A DNA stretch of 64,000 nt. Origin: a virus (taxonomy: Duplodnaviria; Heunggongvirae; Uroviricota; Caudoviricetes). The stretch lies in IMG/VR virus record IMGVR_UViG_3300023297_000003, one strand, 5' to 3'. Both the position numbers and the translations under genes were made by a program. Position 1 is the stretch's first letter. Each line of letters begins with the position of its first letter. The notes beneath the pieces are model-generated. The model ran no database searches. It saw nothing but the letters and a program-made list of their open reading frames with translations, and was not told the DNA's origin. Shown here one piece after another: positions 32,029 to 42,545 of the stretch.

Positions 32029-33162
32029 CACGGGGTGTAGACCGTTCCGGTCAACCCCCCGGATCGTGTAGGCGGGGTCGGACATGAAGGAGGAAAACAC
32101 AGCCAAGAAAACCATCCCGATCCGAGCCAGGTATTGCTTGTCTGCAAAGATCTGACGGAGTCGATCCTTCCGCCCGGACTTTGCTCCATAAAGATCCAGA
32201 AAGATCCCATCCAGTTGATGAGCACCACCCTCACGCACCTCGGTCAGTCCACCGGACTGGCAGTAGGCCAGCACCTCCTCAACCGCTTCCCTTTGCTCGG
32301 GGACGGACAGGGATGTCGTGATGGTGTCCTGGATGAGGTTTTGGGTGATCACGGTGCTGCCCCTGATGAGAGCGTCGTACAGACGATGTGTGGTGCCCGT
32401 CATCGCTGCCTTGCCAGATCGGAGCAGGGAAAGGAACTCGGCGTTCTTGAAAAGGTTCGCCAGGATCTGTGCTCCCTCGATGGTGCTGAGGGGAACGTAG
32501 GAGACGGGCACGGGGAACCCCTGAAAGCCCGGCAGGAACATCACATTGAAAATGGCACTGAAAACACCGCTGCCTGGAATCCCATGTTGAGTCACCCCAA
32601 CGTCCAGAGTGTTGTCCAGTCGATCGGCCAGTTTGACCCTGATGAGGTCGGGCATCGAGGCACTGTGTTCCATCAGGTCCATCAGGTAGGCACAGTAGTT
32701 CCCTCCATCTTCGCATGTAAGGAGGGCGATTCGCTCCCCCAGATACCAACTGTGGCTCGTGTCCAAGCTCGCTGTGAGGGCATCCATCTCGGTGGACATT
32801 GCAGCCCATCGTTCGTCCCCTATCAGATCTTGGGTCAAGTCCTCATCCCTATCATGGAGAATTGCCCCGAGCAGATCCATCATTGTAGGGTCTCGGGTCA
32901 CACGGGACAGGATGGCGGCAACCCTGATGGGATGTACCACAGCCATCGGTCCCAGCTTTCTTCGCTGGTCCCCGTAGCCAGTACACACGACGGAGATGGC
33001 CTGGGCCAGAACGTCCTCGGCAACGGGAACGCTGACGGCACCCTCTAGGATCAGGCTCAACAAGGTCCGAGGGTCAAAGGCACGCCCTGACAGTCGGTAG
33101 GCAATGTCCGCAGACAGCTCCAAGAACTTCGCAGCCGTCAGTGGGTGTGTCGATGGTGTCAT
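32002..33162 (-). CDS. HD-domain protein (SpoT-hydrolase-like N-terminus + helical extension)
   Basis: VVHPIRVA, AILHDRDED, VKLADRLDN. Confidence 0.75.
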   Translation of the reverse strand: MTPSTHPLTAAKFLELSADIAYRLSGRAFDPRTLLSLILEGAVSVPVAEDVLAQAISVVCTGYGDQRRKLGPMAVVHPIRVAAILSRVTRDPTMMDLLGAILHDRDEDLTQDLIGDERWAAMSTEMDALTASLDTSHSWYLGERIALLTCEDGGNYCAYLMDLMEHSASMPDLIRVKLADRLDNTLDVGVTQHGIPGSGVFSAIFNVMFLPGFQGFPVPVSYVPLSTIEGAQILANLFKNAEFLSLLRSGKAAMTGTTHRLYDALIRGSTVITQNLIQDTITTSLSVPEQREAVEEVLAYCQSGGLTEVREGGAHQLDGIFLDLYGAKSGRKDRLRQIFADKQYLARIGMVFLAVFSSFMSDPAYTIRGVDRNGLHPVGSSQPDPE

Positions 33163-33314
33163 TTTCGTCCCTGTTCCAGGTACGCCTTGTAGACTGCCAT
33201 CATTTGGGGTTTGGAACGAACCCGCTGAGAGGGGGGCGCACCCGGTGGTGGGTTGTTGATACCCACGTAGGCCCGTCGTGTCATCCAGTCCTGTAACCAG
33301 CCCATACGGTCTCC

Positions 33315-33833
33315 TTAGTTCGGGAATCCCTTCTTCAGTCCCATCAACGTCCAGTTATCCTTCAGGAGAATCTCGTCTGCAGCGTACTGCGCCGCATACT
33401 GCCTCTCCGTCTTCCCCCTGACCTTACCCACATTCCAGATCCAGTGCGTCTTCCCCTGGCGGACCCGAGCGACAATGGTGTCGTCGGTTCCGACCTGGAC
33501 CCGTACCAGATCATTCTCATGGGCCTCATCATCACATTCCCAGAAGTAGGCCGTCCGTTTCAGGTTGGCCTCCATCTTCTCCAGCCGCTCAACCCGTGCC
33601 CTGGCTTTCCTCAACTTCTCGTTGATCCAGGGTTCTGCCGCAGCTACGGCATCCTTTCGGGTAGGATGCAAATTCTTAAGATCCCACATCCCCACGTATC
33701 GTGAACCTTCTCCTTTGGCGACGTACACACCAGAAGCGTTTCTCCCCTGTGCCTGGGACACAATTGTCTTCGTCACCGTCCCATAGACGTGTAACCATAC
33801 GGTCAGGCCGGGTACGAGATCTTCCCTTTTCAT
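33315..33833 (-). CDS. Hypothetical protein
   Basis: Coupled ORF with RBS. Confidence 0.65.
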   Translation of the reverse strand: MKREDLVPGLTVWLHVYGTVTKTIVSQAQGRNASGVYVAKGEGSRYVGMWDLKNLHPTRKDAVAAAEPWINEKLRKARARVERLEKMEANLKRTAYFWECDDEAHENDLVRVQVGTDDTIVARVRQGKTHWIWNVGKVRGKTERQYAAQYAADEILLKDNWTLMGLKKGFPN

Positions 33834-34051
33834 TTGGCCACCTCCCCTGGTAGTGCCCTATAATACACATCGAACCAAATGGCCTGACGCACACTGGCTC
33901 CAGCAGTAGTCGTTTCCGTGACTTGCTGTTCTGAACGGGTGAGGGTGATGACAGCATCGGCATCTATGCCCCGGTTGGTCAGCCCTCGATTGATATCGTC
34001 AAGACTTTGTGCAGCAAAATGTTTGACTAGGCGTATGTCTTCCTTCTTCAT
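33830..34051 (-). CDS. Hypothetical protein
   Basis: Coupled ORF. Confidence 0.6.
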   Translation of the reverse strand: MKKEDIRLVKHFAAQSLDDINRGLTNRGIDADAVITLTRSEQQVTETTTAGASVRQAIWFDVYYRALPGEVAK

Positions 34052-34054
34052 GGT

Positions 34055-34444
34055 TTACTCCACTTGGAACTTTTCGGGTACAATCTGATTCCAACGCTCT
34101 TTCTGTGCCTGGTGCTGTTCCCGGTAGAAGCACTCCATCTTCTGCCCATCAGCAATCGCCCTAGAGACCTGGGACAGGACTTGGGTCGTCTCTTTCATTG
34201 CCACTCGCAGAGCCGCCCGTTCCGTGCGGTAAAGAGCCTGAACCGGACAATACTTGTCCGTGAACTTTTTCCCGCTCCACGGATCCCGCCCAACATAGGA
34301 GACCGAATGACCATGAGAGGTGGGCACCACGGTGACAGCCATTGGCAGGCACACTATCTTGGAGGGGTGCCCAACCAACACCCAGTAGGTCTTTCCCTCC
34401 TCAGGATTTGCGACTTTACGTCCCATCGCTTTGCTCCTCAGCAC
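34055..34444 (-). CDS. Hypothetical protein
   Basis: ORF in operon. Confidence 0.6.
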   Translation of the reverse strand: MLRSKAMGRKVANPEEGKTYWVLVGHPSKIVCLPMAVTVVPTSHGHSVSYVGRDPWSGKKFTDKYCPVQALYRTERAALRVAMKETTQVLSQVSRAIADGQKMECFYREQHQAQKERWNQIVPEKFQVE

Positions 34445-34462
34445 GCTTTGCTGAAACCCCCA

Positions 34463-34684
34463 CTATTTGAAACAGCCACCACGGCAGTGGAGGCTGCCAC
34501 ACAAACCGCAGTGTCCTTGGGATGAATCGAACTCAGTAAAGTCTCCAGGCTTAGAGATTTTCCTTGCTGGACCGGGGACTCGGTGCCCCTCAGAGTCCCA
34601 TAGGTACTCTCCATCGCTTCCAGTCATCCAGGAGTGTCCATCCCTGTCAGTCGTCCAGTTCTCGTCTCGTGAATCCCGGCTCAT
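34463..34684 (-). CDS. Small protein with C-terminal Cys cluster
   Basis: GHCGLCGSLHCRGGCFK. Confidence 0.6.
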   Translation of the reverse strand: MSRDSRDENWTTDRDGHSWMTGSDGEYLWDSEGHRVPGPARKISKPGDFTEFDSSQGHCGLCGSLHCRGGCFK

Positions 34685-35082
34685 GTTACTTTCTCCAGAT
34701 GGTCAAGAGGGAAGTTGAAAACCACCTCCGGGGGCTCGGGGCTGTCCCAAGCAGCAGTAATGTCCTCTCGGGTCAGGTTCTGTGCTGCCTTTTCCGTGAA
34801 CCACACCATTGGCATCCCGTCGTCCCAGTCTATCACTACTCCCAGCGTGCCAACAGGGATGCCCAGTTCTTTGATGACTCGAACTTTTTTGTAGATCCAA
34901 TCGTCAAAGTGTTCGCTGGGCCTCCACCACCTGTCCGGTTTGTCCTCTTCCGGGCTTTCTGTTTTGACTGATGGTGGTGCCTTCCTTTGCTGAGATTGGG
35001 TCTCATCCCTATGTGCTTTCCACAGTCTTGTCCGCTCATCTAAGGAGCATTCAAATGGGGGTGGCCACTGTGTGTTCGTCAT
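34681..35082 (-). CDS. Hypothetical protein
   Basis: ATGA-coupled ORF. Confidence 0.6.
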   Translation of the reverse strand: MTNTQWPPPFECSLDERTRLWKAHRDETQSQQRKAPPSVKTESPEEDKPDRWWRPSEHFDDWIYKKVRVIKELGIPVGTLGVVIDWDDGMPMVWFTEKAAQNLTREDITAAWDSPEPPEVVFNFPLDHLEKVT

Positions 35083-36833
35083 TTCATCCTCATCGTGTAG
35101 ACCTTGTTGCCCTGGCTGAAGAGTACTGTACCCCCCTGCCGGGAGAGTTGCATATCACTGGACAGTGCCGGGTCCTCTACATACTTCATCGCTGACGACC
35201 CCTTCCGGGACGAGAACATCTCCAGCTTGTCATCCTCGTTGAGGCAGATGCAGATGCCGGAGTCCAGGGTCACGAAGTTCAGGGTGCCCATGGCGATCCC
35301 GGCAACGATCCGAACGTCGTACACGCCTGCCCCGTCAAAGCGGAACACCAGCCGGTCGTACTGGCCCTTCTTCTCCCCGATCACCATCAACACGCCCCGG
35401 TCGAACCGAGCGTCAATGATCCGGTAGGGGTCCAGTTCCTTGATCTGTACCTGCTGTGCGGCCCCGGAACGGATGAGGAGGGACACGAAGGTCGCCCCGA
35501 GGAGTTTTTGCACAACCACACCCGGATAGAGCTTGGTAGCGTGGGGCAGTGTCTGCGCCACCTCCCTGGTGGATGCGATGACCTGGCTTCCGGCATCCGT
35601 GAGCAGGATCTCGTGGACCCGGTCGGTCGTCCGCACATAGAGCCGTCCGTCATAGGAGGAGAAGCTTTCCACCTGGAGAGAGAAGGGGATCTGCGTCCGG
35701 TCGGTTAGGTTTACCAGGATGGGTACCTTGCTGTAGGGATCTGCCCCGATGGCCACCGCTCGGCTCTGCCGGGGACTGAATCCGCAGTGTGCCCACACCT
35801 TGGGATGGTCCTTCAGGGTGATGCCCACACGGCTGCTGCCCAACCAGATCCCTTCGTCCGTCGACACAACCATCTTGGAACCATCCCCCCACACACCGAT
35901 GACCGAACCCTCGTAGGATCCGATCTGCACGATGTCGAGCGTTGCCGTACCCCTCACCGTTTTGATGATGGGCACCACGATCATGGTGGCACCGAAGTCG
36001 GTCGGCGGCATACAGCGCTGACCCTTCACGAAGAGCGCCTCGTACCACGCCCGGTACGCCCCAGGGATACTGTCAAAGGGCAGGGCCGCACCGGGCACAC
36101 CCACCTCAGGGTGGAACACGGAGATGTTGCCCTGCATCCGACGCCGGGTCACGGCGAAGGGATCGTCAGCAGCGTCGGTCGGGAGCTTGACTTTGAATTG
36201 GGTCTTGGACCCTTTGTATCGGCCCTTGAACGGGTGGATACCCACGAACATCTGGAAGCTCAGGATTGCGAAGGAGAACCAGTCCGAGAGTTCCGTCCAC
36301 TGGTGCTGCTTCACCGTCCAGTCCCGGATGGACTCCATGATGGCGAGGGTCGGGTACTGCGAGGTCTGGTAGCTGTCCACGTCGATGCCGTAGAGGTCGT
36401 GGTTGCCCTTCGTGACGAGGTAGTTCATCTCGTTCATATCCACGACGAGGATTCCAGCCTTGTGGGTGTTGACCACCCGGTCCTGGAGTTTGCGGACAAG
36501 CCCCTTCGTTGTGTCCGGGGTGATGCCTTCCCGCTTCCTGAACACGGGGGGGAAAAGCTGACAGAGGGTCCAAGCCTTCGGGACGTATTTCGTGGTGTAC
36601 CCGATGGGCTTCCCCGCTTTGTCCACCAGGACCTTCAGCGGATTGACGACGAAGGGGTCCTGTATGGCCCCCAGCGCCTGGATCTTCCCCATGGGGAGCA
36701 TATGACCGGCGTCGTGGTAAACCTTGTAGGCGACCCCGCCACGAGTGTAAACAGTGCCCTCGCCCCCCGCCCCCACGTAGTCCTTCTGCGTCAGGTCAAG
36801 TTTTTGGCCAGTGCCTTTGACGTAGACCCTCAT
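35079..36833 (-). CDS. Ser/Thr protein kinase (TerY-P triad type) with beta-rich C-terminus
   Basis: GAGGEGTVY, AYKVY, VVDMNEMNYLV, IDVDSYQ, SDWFSF, GIHPFKG. Confidence 0.88.
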   Translation of the reverse strand: MRVYVKGTGQKLDLTQKDYVGAGGEGTVYTRGGVAYKVYHDAGHMLPMGKIQALGAIQDPFVVNPLKVLVDKAGKPIGYTTKYVPKAWTLCQLFPPVFRKREGITPDTTKGLVRKLQDRVVNTHKAGILVVDMNEMNYLVTKGNHDLYGIDVDSYQTSQYPTLAIMESIRDWTVKQHQWTELSDWFSFAILSFQMFVGIHPFKGRYKGSKTQFKVKLPTDAADDPFAVTRRRMQGNISVFHPEVGVPGAALPFDSIPGAYRAWYEALFVKGQRCMPPTDFGATMIVVPIIKTVRGTATLDIVQIGSYEGSVIGVWGDGSKMVVSTDEGIWLGSSRVGITLKDHPKVWAHCGFSPRQSRAVAIGADPYSKVPILVNLTDRTQIPFSLQVESFSSYDGRLYVRTTDRVHEILLTDAGSQVIASTREVAQTLPHATKLYPGVVVQKLLGATFVSLLIRSGAAQQVQIKELDPYRIIDARFDRGVLMVIGEKKGQYDRLVFRFDGAGVYDVRIVAGIAMGTLNFVTLDSGICICLNEDDKLEMFSSRKGSSAMKYVEDPALSSDMQLSRQGGTVLFSQGNKVYTMRMK

Positions 36834-37345
36834 TTGGGATCCTTCGAGACCGGATGGGTCTCCATATAACAGCGAATGCTGTTGTTTCTTCGTTCAACGG
36901 ACAAGGGAGGACATTCCCTACCATCATGCCCCGGAACGACGATGTAGGCCCATCCTGTGATGTGGCTCTCAAGATCGGTAATGCCAAGGTTCTCCAATCT
37001 CCGGGGTCGGTACTCAGTCAGGTTCATCTGGATCACGATCCCCTGCTTCAGTGCCCAGGTGAGGGCATCCCGGATGAACTCCTCATCAGGTGGTCGGACG
37101 TCGTGTTCCTCGATGTAATGCTCCCATTTGCCGGGGTACCTCCAGTTGCCATTGGGTGTCAGGTTGTCCGTGCTTCCCAGCATCGTCCGACATACCCGGC
37201 AGCGGGCCACCCCACGGTAGCTCTTCTCAACGGTCCCTGCTTTGAGGTACCGTATGCAGGCGACTTTTTCGGCCTCGGTCATGGGCTTGACCCAGGCCAG
37301 GGCCTCCTCAGCGGTGTGCGTCTTGAAGAATCCGATGGTTTTCAT
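36830..37345 (-). CDS. Hypothetical protein
   Basis: YRGVARCRVC...WRYP...HYIEEH. Confidence 0.65.
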   Translation of the reverse strand: MKTIGFFKTHTAEEALAWVKPMTEAEKVACIRYLKAGTVEKSYRGVARCRVCRTMLGSTDNLTPNGNWRYPGKWEHYIEEHDVRPPDEEFIRDALTWALKQGIVIQMNLTEYRPRRLENLGITDLESHITGWAYIVVPGHDGRECPPLSVERRNNSIRCYMETHPVSKDPK

Positions 37346-37353
37346 CTTGTGCC

Positions 37354-37893
37354 TCACACGCTGCAATAGAATGTGGGGTACAGTTTGACTTCCCGTTCCT
37401 CACCGAACATGGCGATGGAGAGTTCCTGGAACATCATGACCAGACGTTGCATCGTTGCCATGGTCACCGGGGCGGTAGCCTCGTCGTAGGGATTGTTTTC
37501 TCCGACCTCACGGAGAAGGATGGCGATCCCGGTCAATCCCTCATCAGGAAAAGGGTCCGGTTCGCTGTCCTGAACTGCATCCAGGTGATGAAAAAGGATG
37601 TGCTCCGCCCCAACCCCATCATTACAGAGATCTTCCCAGAAGTCCCCCTCATCCTCGTCTTCCCGACAGCGCTCGTAGAGAATCTTTATCGCTGGAGACA
37701 TCTTGTTGTCCTGGAGCACCCTCAGACGGTTACCGCAGAAGGGGCAGAAGTCACCCTCCATCACGGCAGGCGTTTTGTGGTGCCGGGGACACATCTTCAG
37801 GGCCTCCTCCTCAGGGATCCACAGTTCCTTTTCCGCCACCTCAAAACCCAGGTACGTCCTGGCATAGTAGTCTGCGCTCACTCTAGCCCCCAT
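37354..37893 (-). CDS. Hypothetical Zn-ribbon protein
   Basis: CPRH...FCPFCG. Confidence 0.65.
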   Translation of the reverse strand: MGARVSADYYARTYLGFEVAEKELWIPEEEALKMCPRHHKTPAVMEGDFCPFCGNRLRVLQDNKMSPAIKILYERCREDEDEGDFWEDLCNDGVGAEHILFHHLDAVQDSEPDPFPDEGLTGIAILLREVGENNPYDEATAPVTMATMQRLVMMFQELSIAMFGEEREVKLYPTFYCSV

Positions 37894-38044
37894 GACATCC
37901 TGATCTGCATAACCAGACCGTTGGCCTCGCTGTTCTTCCCCTCATCACGCAACTTGTTGACCTTCCTCCACCGAGGATCGTCGTCGTAGGACTTCCCCAG
38001 GGCTTCCCTCTGAGCGAACCCACACGGTTTCCTTTGGTCCTTCC

Positions 38045-38350
38045 TCATGTGTCACCGTTCACGGAGGACACCGGACCCCAGAGGGATCCTTTGCTCCGCT
38101 CGACGGCCAAGTTCGTCCGGGCCTGACGCAGAGCCAAGCAGATGTCCCAGGCGTGGTGTGGATTTGCCGTCTCAATCCAGATCACCTTGGATTTCATCAC
38201 AACAACAGGTTCGATCATCACCTTGACGGTCCAGGCACCATCCATGCGGTGTTCTGGATCCTCCACGTACAAGATGTCCGGGATGGGGTAGGTAACCCCG
38301 TTGTGGTCACACCAGCACCCTCGTGTTTCATCTATTCTTGCTGGCTGCAT
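38045..38350 (-). CDS. Hypothetical protein
   Basis: ORF in operon. Confidence 0.5.
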   Translation of the reverse strand: MQPARIDETRGCWCDHNGVTYPIPDILYVEDPEHRMDGAWTVKVMIEPVVVMKSKVIWIETANPHHAWDICLALRQARTNLAVERSKGSLWGPVSSVNGDT

Positions 38351-39156
38351 ACGTCCCCCGTCCAGATTGCGGCCACGCCGAGATCGTCGTCGTGATGCCA
38401 GTGGTTCTTCAGGCAGAAGCGCTTCTCGAACGCATTGCACCGTCGTCGGAGGAAGGACCCCGCAGCGTTTTTGATGCCAGTGATCTGTGCGACCACCTCG
38501 GGCATGGGGATCGGCTCCATCCCCTGACCGGGAGGCTGCTTTTGAAAGGAGTGGACACCATCGGACATGAGGAAGACCGCCTGATACTCAGCGACGTCTA
38601 GTTCGAGTCGCCAATCAAGGATCTCCCTGGTAACGGCCTCTGTGGTCGTTTCGGCCATCTCCATCTGCCCGTTCTCGATCCGGGTGACCACCCGGTTGGC
38701 CCAGCCAAGTTTCACATAGCGGTCCCACCGGGATCGGTCGAGGAGGTAGGAGATGTAACCGGGGCGTCCCTCGTAGTCGATGTCCCAGATGACCAGACTG
38801 CCATCACGCTTGAGACCTGCGACAACCCCGTCGCCTGTGACTGCCACATGAACGACACCGTCCATCTCGTAGGCAACGAGGAGGGTGGCATCCAGGCATT
38901 CCATCGCAAGCGGAGGCAACACCTGACTCCGGGTGGTTTCCACGAGCCACTGAGGCGAAAACTGCGGGGCGTCCCACGAAATCTGGCTCAGGGCTTCCAT
39001 CGTCAGGAAACGAGCACCGAAGTCCGTATCCGGGGAAGAGGAGCAGCCATCGGCCACGATGCCGTAGACCCGCCCGTTCGGGATGACCCCGGCACGGGCG
39101 TAGTCCTCACAAACCTCGTGGGTTTTCCCGATGGTGAAGTAGTAGTCAGCGTGCAT
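38332..39156 (-). CDS. PP2C-like phosphatase
   Basis: GKTH..CEDY, VADGCSS, DATLL, GDG, MSDG, HDDD. Confidence 0.88.
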   Translation of the reverse strand: MHADYYFTIGKTHEVCEDYARAGVIPNGRVYGIVADGCSSSPDTDFGARFLTMEALSQISWDAPQFSPQWLVETTRSQVLPPLAMECLDATLLVAYEMDGVVHVAVTGDGVVAGLKRDGSLVIWDIDYEGRPGYISYLLDRSRWDRYVKLGWANRVVTRIENGQMEMAETTTEAVTREILDWRLELDVAEYQAVFLMSDGVHSFQKQPPGQGMEPIPMPEVVAQITGIKNAAGSFLRRRCNAFEKRFCLKNHWHHDDDLGVAAIWTGDVCSQQE

Positions 39157-39374
39157 TAGGAGACCCTCCCCACGTGGATGCGAAGCATTTTCAGATGGAG
39201 AAGGGTCTCCTCTTCCCAGTCCTTCCACCCCGCAGCAGCCTGCGCCTTGTAGTCAGCATCCAGCGCATCCATCTCGGGCATCAGCCCCTGTTCCTTTGCC
39301 TGTGCCCGAACGAGGAGAGCATTCGCTCGCCGGACAAACTGATACCGGATCTCCCGATTGGGTGCTGTCAACAT
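39156..39374 (-). CDS. Hypothetical protein
   Basis: Coupled ORF. Confidence 0.5.
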   Translation of the reverse strand: MLTAPNREIRYQFVRRANALLVRAQAKEQGLMPEMDALDADYKAQAAAGWKDWEEETLLHLKMLRIHVGRVS

Positions 39375-39880
39375 CAGACCCCCAGCCCGTGGGCCTTGTT
39401 GGTGGCTTCCTGGATGTCCTCCCAACTGGGGTCCTCTTCGGCTCCACCCCTGCGCCGAAGTTCCTTCCAGATGAAGCGCATGGTGTTGCACTGCATATAG
39501 ATGGTCATTGGGTGGAGATTTAGGGTGATCTGTACACCCAGCTTCAGGAACTCGGCACGAAGGTCGTCGGAGGACACATCGCTACGGTCCACGGCCCCGT
39601 CCGGCCCCTTCCTTACCTTGAGGTCGTCCGCTAACTTCCGGGCCTCCATGATGGCGTCTTCACCGACGAAGCTCAGTTCCTCAAAACCGGACAGGGGATA
39701 CCCAATGAGTTGGTAAAATTGCTCCCAATCCTCCTGGGGGATGTTCGGAAGCATCCTCAGACCGCTCAGGTCCAGCCCCCCGGCGTCCAGCATATACCGG
39801 ACGAGGCTGTTCGCCTTAAACCGGGGTCGACCATCCTCATCGAGGAACATCGGTTGCATCGGGTGTTTGGAGTCAGGCAT
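39374..39880 (-). CDS. Hypothetical phage protein
   Basis: AGGAGG RBS; HPMQP...RFKAN...QFYQLIGY. Confidence 0.7.
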   Translation of the reverse strand: MPDSKHPMQPMFLDEDGRPRFKANSLVRYMLDAGGLDLSGLRMLPNIPQEDWEQFYQLIGYPLSGFEELSFVGEDAIMEARKLADDLKVRKGPDGAVDRSDVSSDDLRAEFLKLGVQITLNLHPMTIYMQCNTMRFIWKELRRRGGAEEDPSWEDIQEATNKAHGLGV

Positions 39881-40505
39881 GTGGAGTACCTCCTGCACGA
39901 ACAATCTCACAGTGGGTGATGAAATACGCTCTGGATTCGAGGCCAAAGCGGGCACTGAAACGATTGGCCTCCTCCCGGTATGCAAACCAGTAAACGTGAC
40001 GGACTTTGTTACCCCCTGGTTCCAGCGAAGGAGTAGGATCAGGGACAAGCCAAACTTCGGGGGTATCCTCGGACCCATCATGCAGATGCGCCGGGGTCAT
40101 TTCCACGTCACAGCGCAGAGGGGAAATCTGTCCTCGGACTTTCTCGGGGGTGGGGCGGGAACCAGCCGGGCACCACTGATGAGAGGCACCGGGAAAACTG
40201 AAATCGAAGTCCAGCACCCGGATCACCGCATCCTTCTCTGGCTGGAAGGCTCGGGTGAGCAAGTTCAATTGCTGCTGGTAACACCTGTTGCGGTGGGGGG
40301 TTCCGTGTACGACGACTCGGTGTCGCATGTACCTCGTCGCTTCCGGGGGCCACCATCCGTCGTGCCCCAACAAAGCCGTCATCTGATCCGTGGGATCGCT
40401 CTCCGCTTCAAACTGTAGACTCAGCACCGCAGCTTGTTCCTCAGAGAGGTTTCCCACGTGTCTGCGTATCCGCCTTTTGAGGTTATCGTAGGCCGTCCAA
40501 CTCAT
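39873..40505 (-). CDS. Hypothetical protein
   Basis: GAGGAGG RBS after promoter motif. Confidence 0.65.
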   Translation of the reverse strand: MSWTAYDNLKRRIRRHVGNLSEEQAAVLSLQFEAESDPTDQMTALLGHDGWWPPEATRYMRHRVVVHGTPHRNRCYQQQLNLLTRAFQPEKDAVIRVLDFDFSFPGASHQWCPAGSRPTPEKVRGQISPLRCDVEMTPAHLHDGSEDTPEVWLVPDPTPSLEPGGNKVRHVYWFAYREEANRFSARFGLESRAYFITHCEIVRAGGTPHA

Positions 40506-40540
40506 CTAAACCTCCTCGGGGTCATCTGCCCTCACCTTGT

Positions 40541-40567
40541 CTACTCAGGACGAGACTCAGATGATCC
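40541..40567 (-). promoter_or_regulatory. GGATCATC-N13-GAGTAG promoter-like motif
   Basis: Exact match. Confidence 0.7.
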
Positions 40568-40591
40568 CCGAACGGGTAAGAGACGGGGTTC

Positions 40592-41341
40592 TCAAAAGGA
40601 AAGGGACTTGGACGGCCCCCCGCTATTCAACGCCTGGCTCTGGCTGCTGATGCTCTGCGAGATGAACCCGCCCAGCTTGGCCAGGGCACCCTCGGTGGCG
40701 TCACCGATGGCGACGTACTGCTGGAACCCGGCGTCGTTCTTGAAGGTCTCCAGCCACTGGTTCAAGCCCCCTGTGTCGGTGTTCACGCCGATGAGCACCG
40801 GCATGAGGGACTCCAGCGCCTCGCTGGTGCGGGCGTCCTCGATGGCCTCGGCCACCATTTTGCAGGTCGCCTTGGAAGCGTTGTCCATCCCGTCCGTGAT
40901 GACGAACAGGGCACCGTTAACGGCGTAGTCGATCTTCGTCAGGTCGGCTCCGTACTGCGTCATCGCCTTGACCGCCGAGAAGGAGGCGTCGAACAGCGCC
41001 GTTGTGTGGCCGTAAGGCAGGCACCCGTCGTAGTCCGCCTCGTTGCAGTCGGGCAGCGGCTTGAAGCCGTGGAACTCCTGGATGTTCGTGTCGAACAGGA
41101 GCACCCGGAGCATCAGGTTGTCTGCCCGGTCGGACTTCCGGCAAGCCTGGACGCAGATCTTGATGGCCCCTTCCATCTCCTGACGGTACGAGCCGACCGA
41201 TCCGCTGACGTCGACCACAAGGGTGGCCAGGGTGTACTCGGTCGCCCCGAGGTTGCCGATCTTGGCGGCGGAGAACCCGAAGTGGGTGCCTCCGATGGTG
41301 TGCTTTTCCAGATCCTGGTTCATGTCTGCAAACTTAGGCAT
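40592..41341 (-). CDS. TerY-like vWA protein
   Basis: LVVDVSGSV MIDAS, TALFDA, FVITDGMDN. Confidence 0.88.
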   Translation of the reverse strand: MPKFADMNQDLEKHTIGGTHFGFSAAKIGNLGATEYTLATLVVDVSGSVGSYRQEMEGAIKICVQACRKSDRADNLMLRVLLFDTNIQEFHGFKPLPDCNEADYDGCLPYGHTTALFDASFSAVKAMTQYGADLTKIDYAVNGALFVITDGMDNASKATCKMVAEAIEDARTSEALESLMPVLIGVNTDTGGLNQWLETFKNDAGFQQYVAIGDATEGALAKLGGFISQSISSQSQALNSGGPSKSLSF

Positions 41342-41432
41342 CGTCCTCTCCTTGATTTGACTGTCCGGAGACAATCGTGGTAAAGAAACCGTTGAGTCTA
41401 TTCCGATCTAAATTGGCCACAGAGGTACAAAA

Positions 41433-42545
41433 ATGCGAGGGAGAACTTGGACACAGGATGAGATTGTGGCTTTCTTTGCACGGCAGAAGTTTCTTCTCAT
41501 CTCGACTTACAGAAAGGCCAACCTTCCAATAGAGTACAAATGCTCCTGCGGAAAGATTGCTCAGATCAGTTTGGACGGCTTGAAACAACGTCTCCGAAAA
41601 GGTAAACCAGCTTGCTCCCATAAGCGGAAAGTGGCTTTCACTCTGAAGGAGGTCCGGGACTTTTTTGCGGAACACGGATGCATCTTGATTACAGACACCT
41701 ACACCGGATGTAATCAACGGTTGACGTATCAATGTTCGTGTGGGAGACAAACTGCTGAGACTAACTTCAGGATTTTCAAACACAAAGGGGGTGGTCATTG
41801 CCGCCTTTGTATTCGAGAAGGGATTTCGTCTCGTAGTCAGAAAACAATGAGAGACCCCAAAGTCCTGGCCAAACAGAGAGAAACATTTAGACGTAACTAT
41901 GGAGTCGACAACCCCCTCCAAAATCCCGGCGTAAAACAAAAAAGGGAACAAACGTGCCTGAAAAGATATGGCGTTCGGAGTGTCAACCAGGACCCGGAAA
42001 TTAAAGCCCGGCAACGAGCAAGTTTTCGGGCTAAATACGGAGTTGACCATTTCATGCAAAACCCTGATTCTCTTGCCCGATACAGAAAAACTTTGCTGGA
42101 TCGTTACGGGGTACCTAGCCTTGCCTTCCTGAGTGGTAGATCGTCGATTGAAGCCCAACGTTTTTTCACTGCACTTTTTGATCTGTTGCCAAAGGCTTTC
42201 CAAGGAAAATGCTATTTCTCCCCCCGAACACATGAATTCAATGTGTGGTTCCAAGGGAAATACTACAAATATGATTTCGTCCAGTCCCACTTGAAAAGAG
42301 TTATCGAATACAATGGGTCTCGTTTCCACCCCAGTGCAGATCAAACTCCCGATGAGATTGGTTGGTGTTTGTTTCGTCCCACACGTACTGTTCAAGAGGC
42401 AAGAGATTATGAACAACACAAACTGGATGCCCTGCGTAACCGAGGCTTTGGTATCCTGATCGTGTGGGACTATGAAGCTAAACATAATCTGGACTCGACT
42501 CTTCAAAAATGCCTGGCCTTCCTTGGAGTTACGCCAAAAAGCTAA
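41433..42545 (+). CDS. Putative free-standing homing endonuclease (repeats + Vsr-like PD-(D/E)xK)
   Basis: Y.CSCG repeats, YGV repeats, YDF...VIEYNGSRFH...IVWD; AT-rich; antisense to operon. Confidence 0.78.
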   Translation: MRGRTWTQDEIVAFFARQKFLLISTYRKANLPIEYKCSCGKIAQISLDGLKQRLRKGKPACSHKRKVAFTLKEVRDFFAEHGCILITDTYTGCNQRLTYQCSCGRQTAETNFRIFKHKGGGHCRLCIREGISSRSQKTMRDPKVLAKQRETFRRNYGVDNPLQNPGVKQKREQTCLKRYGVRSVNQDPEIKARQRASFRAKYGVDHFMQNPDSLARYRKTLLDRYGVPSLAFLSGRSSIEAQRFFTALFDLLPKAFQGKCYFSPRTHEFNVWFQGKYYKYDFVQSHLKRVIEYNGSRFHPSADQTPDEIGWCLFRPTRTVQEARDYEQHKLDALRNRGFGILIVWDYEAKHNLDSTLQKCLAFLGVTPKS

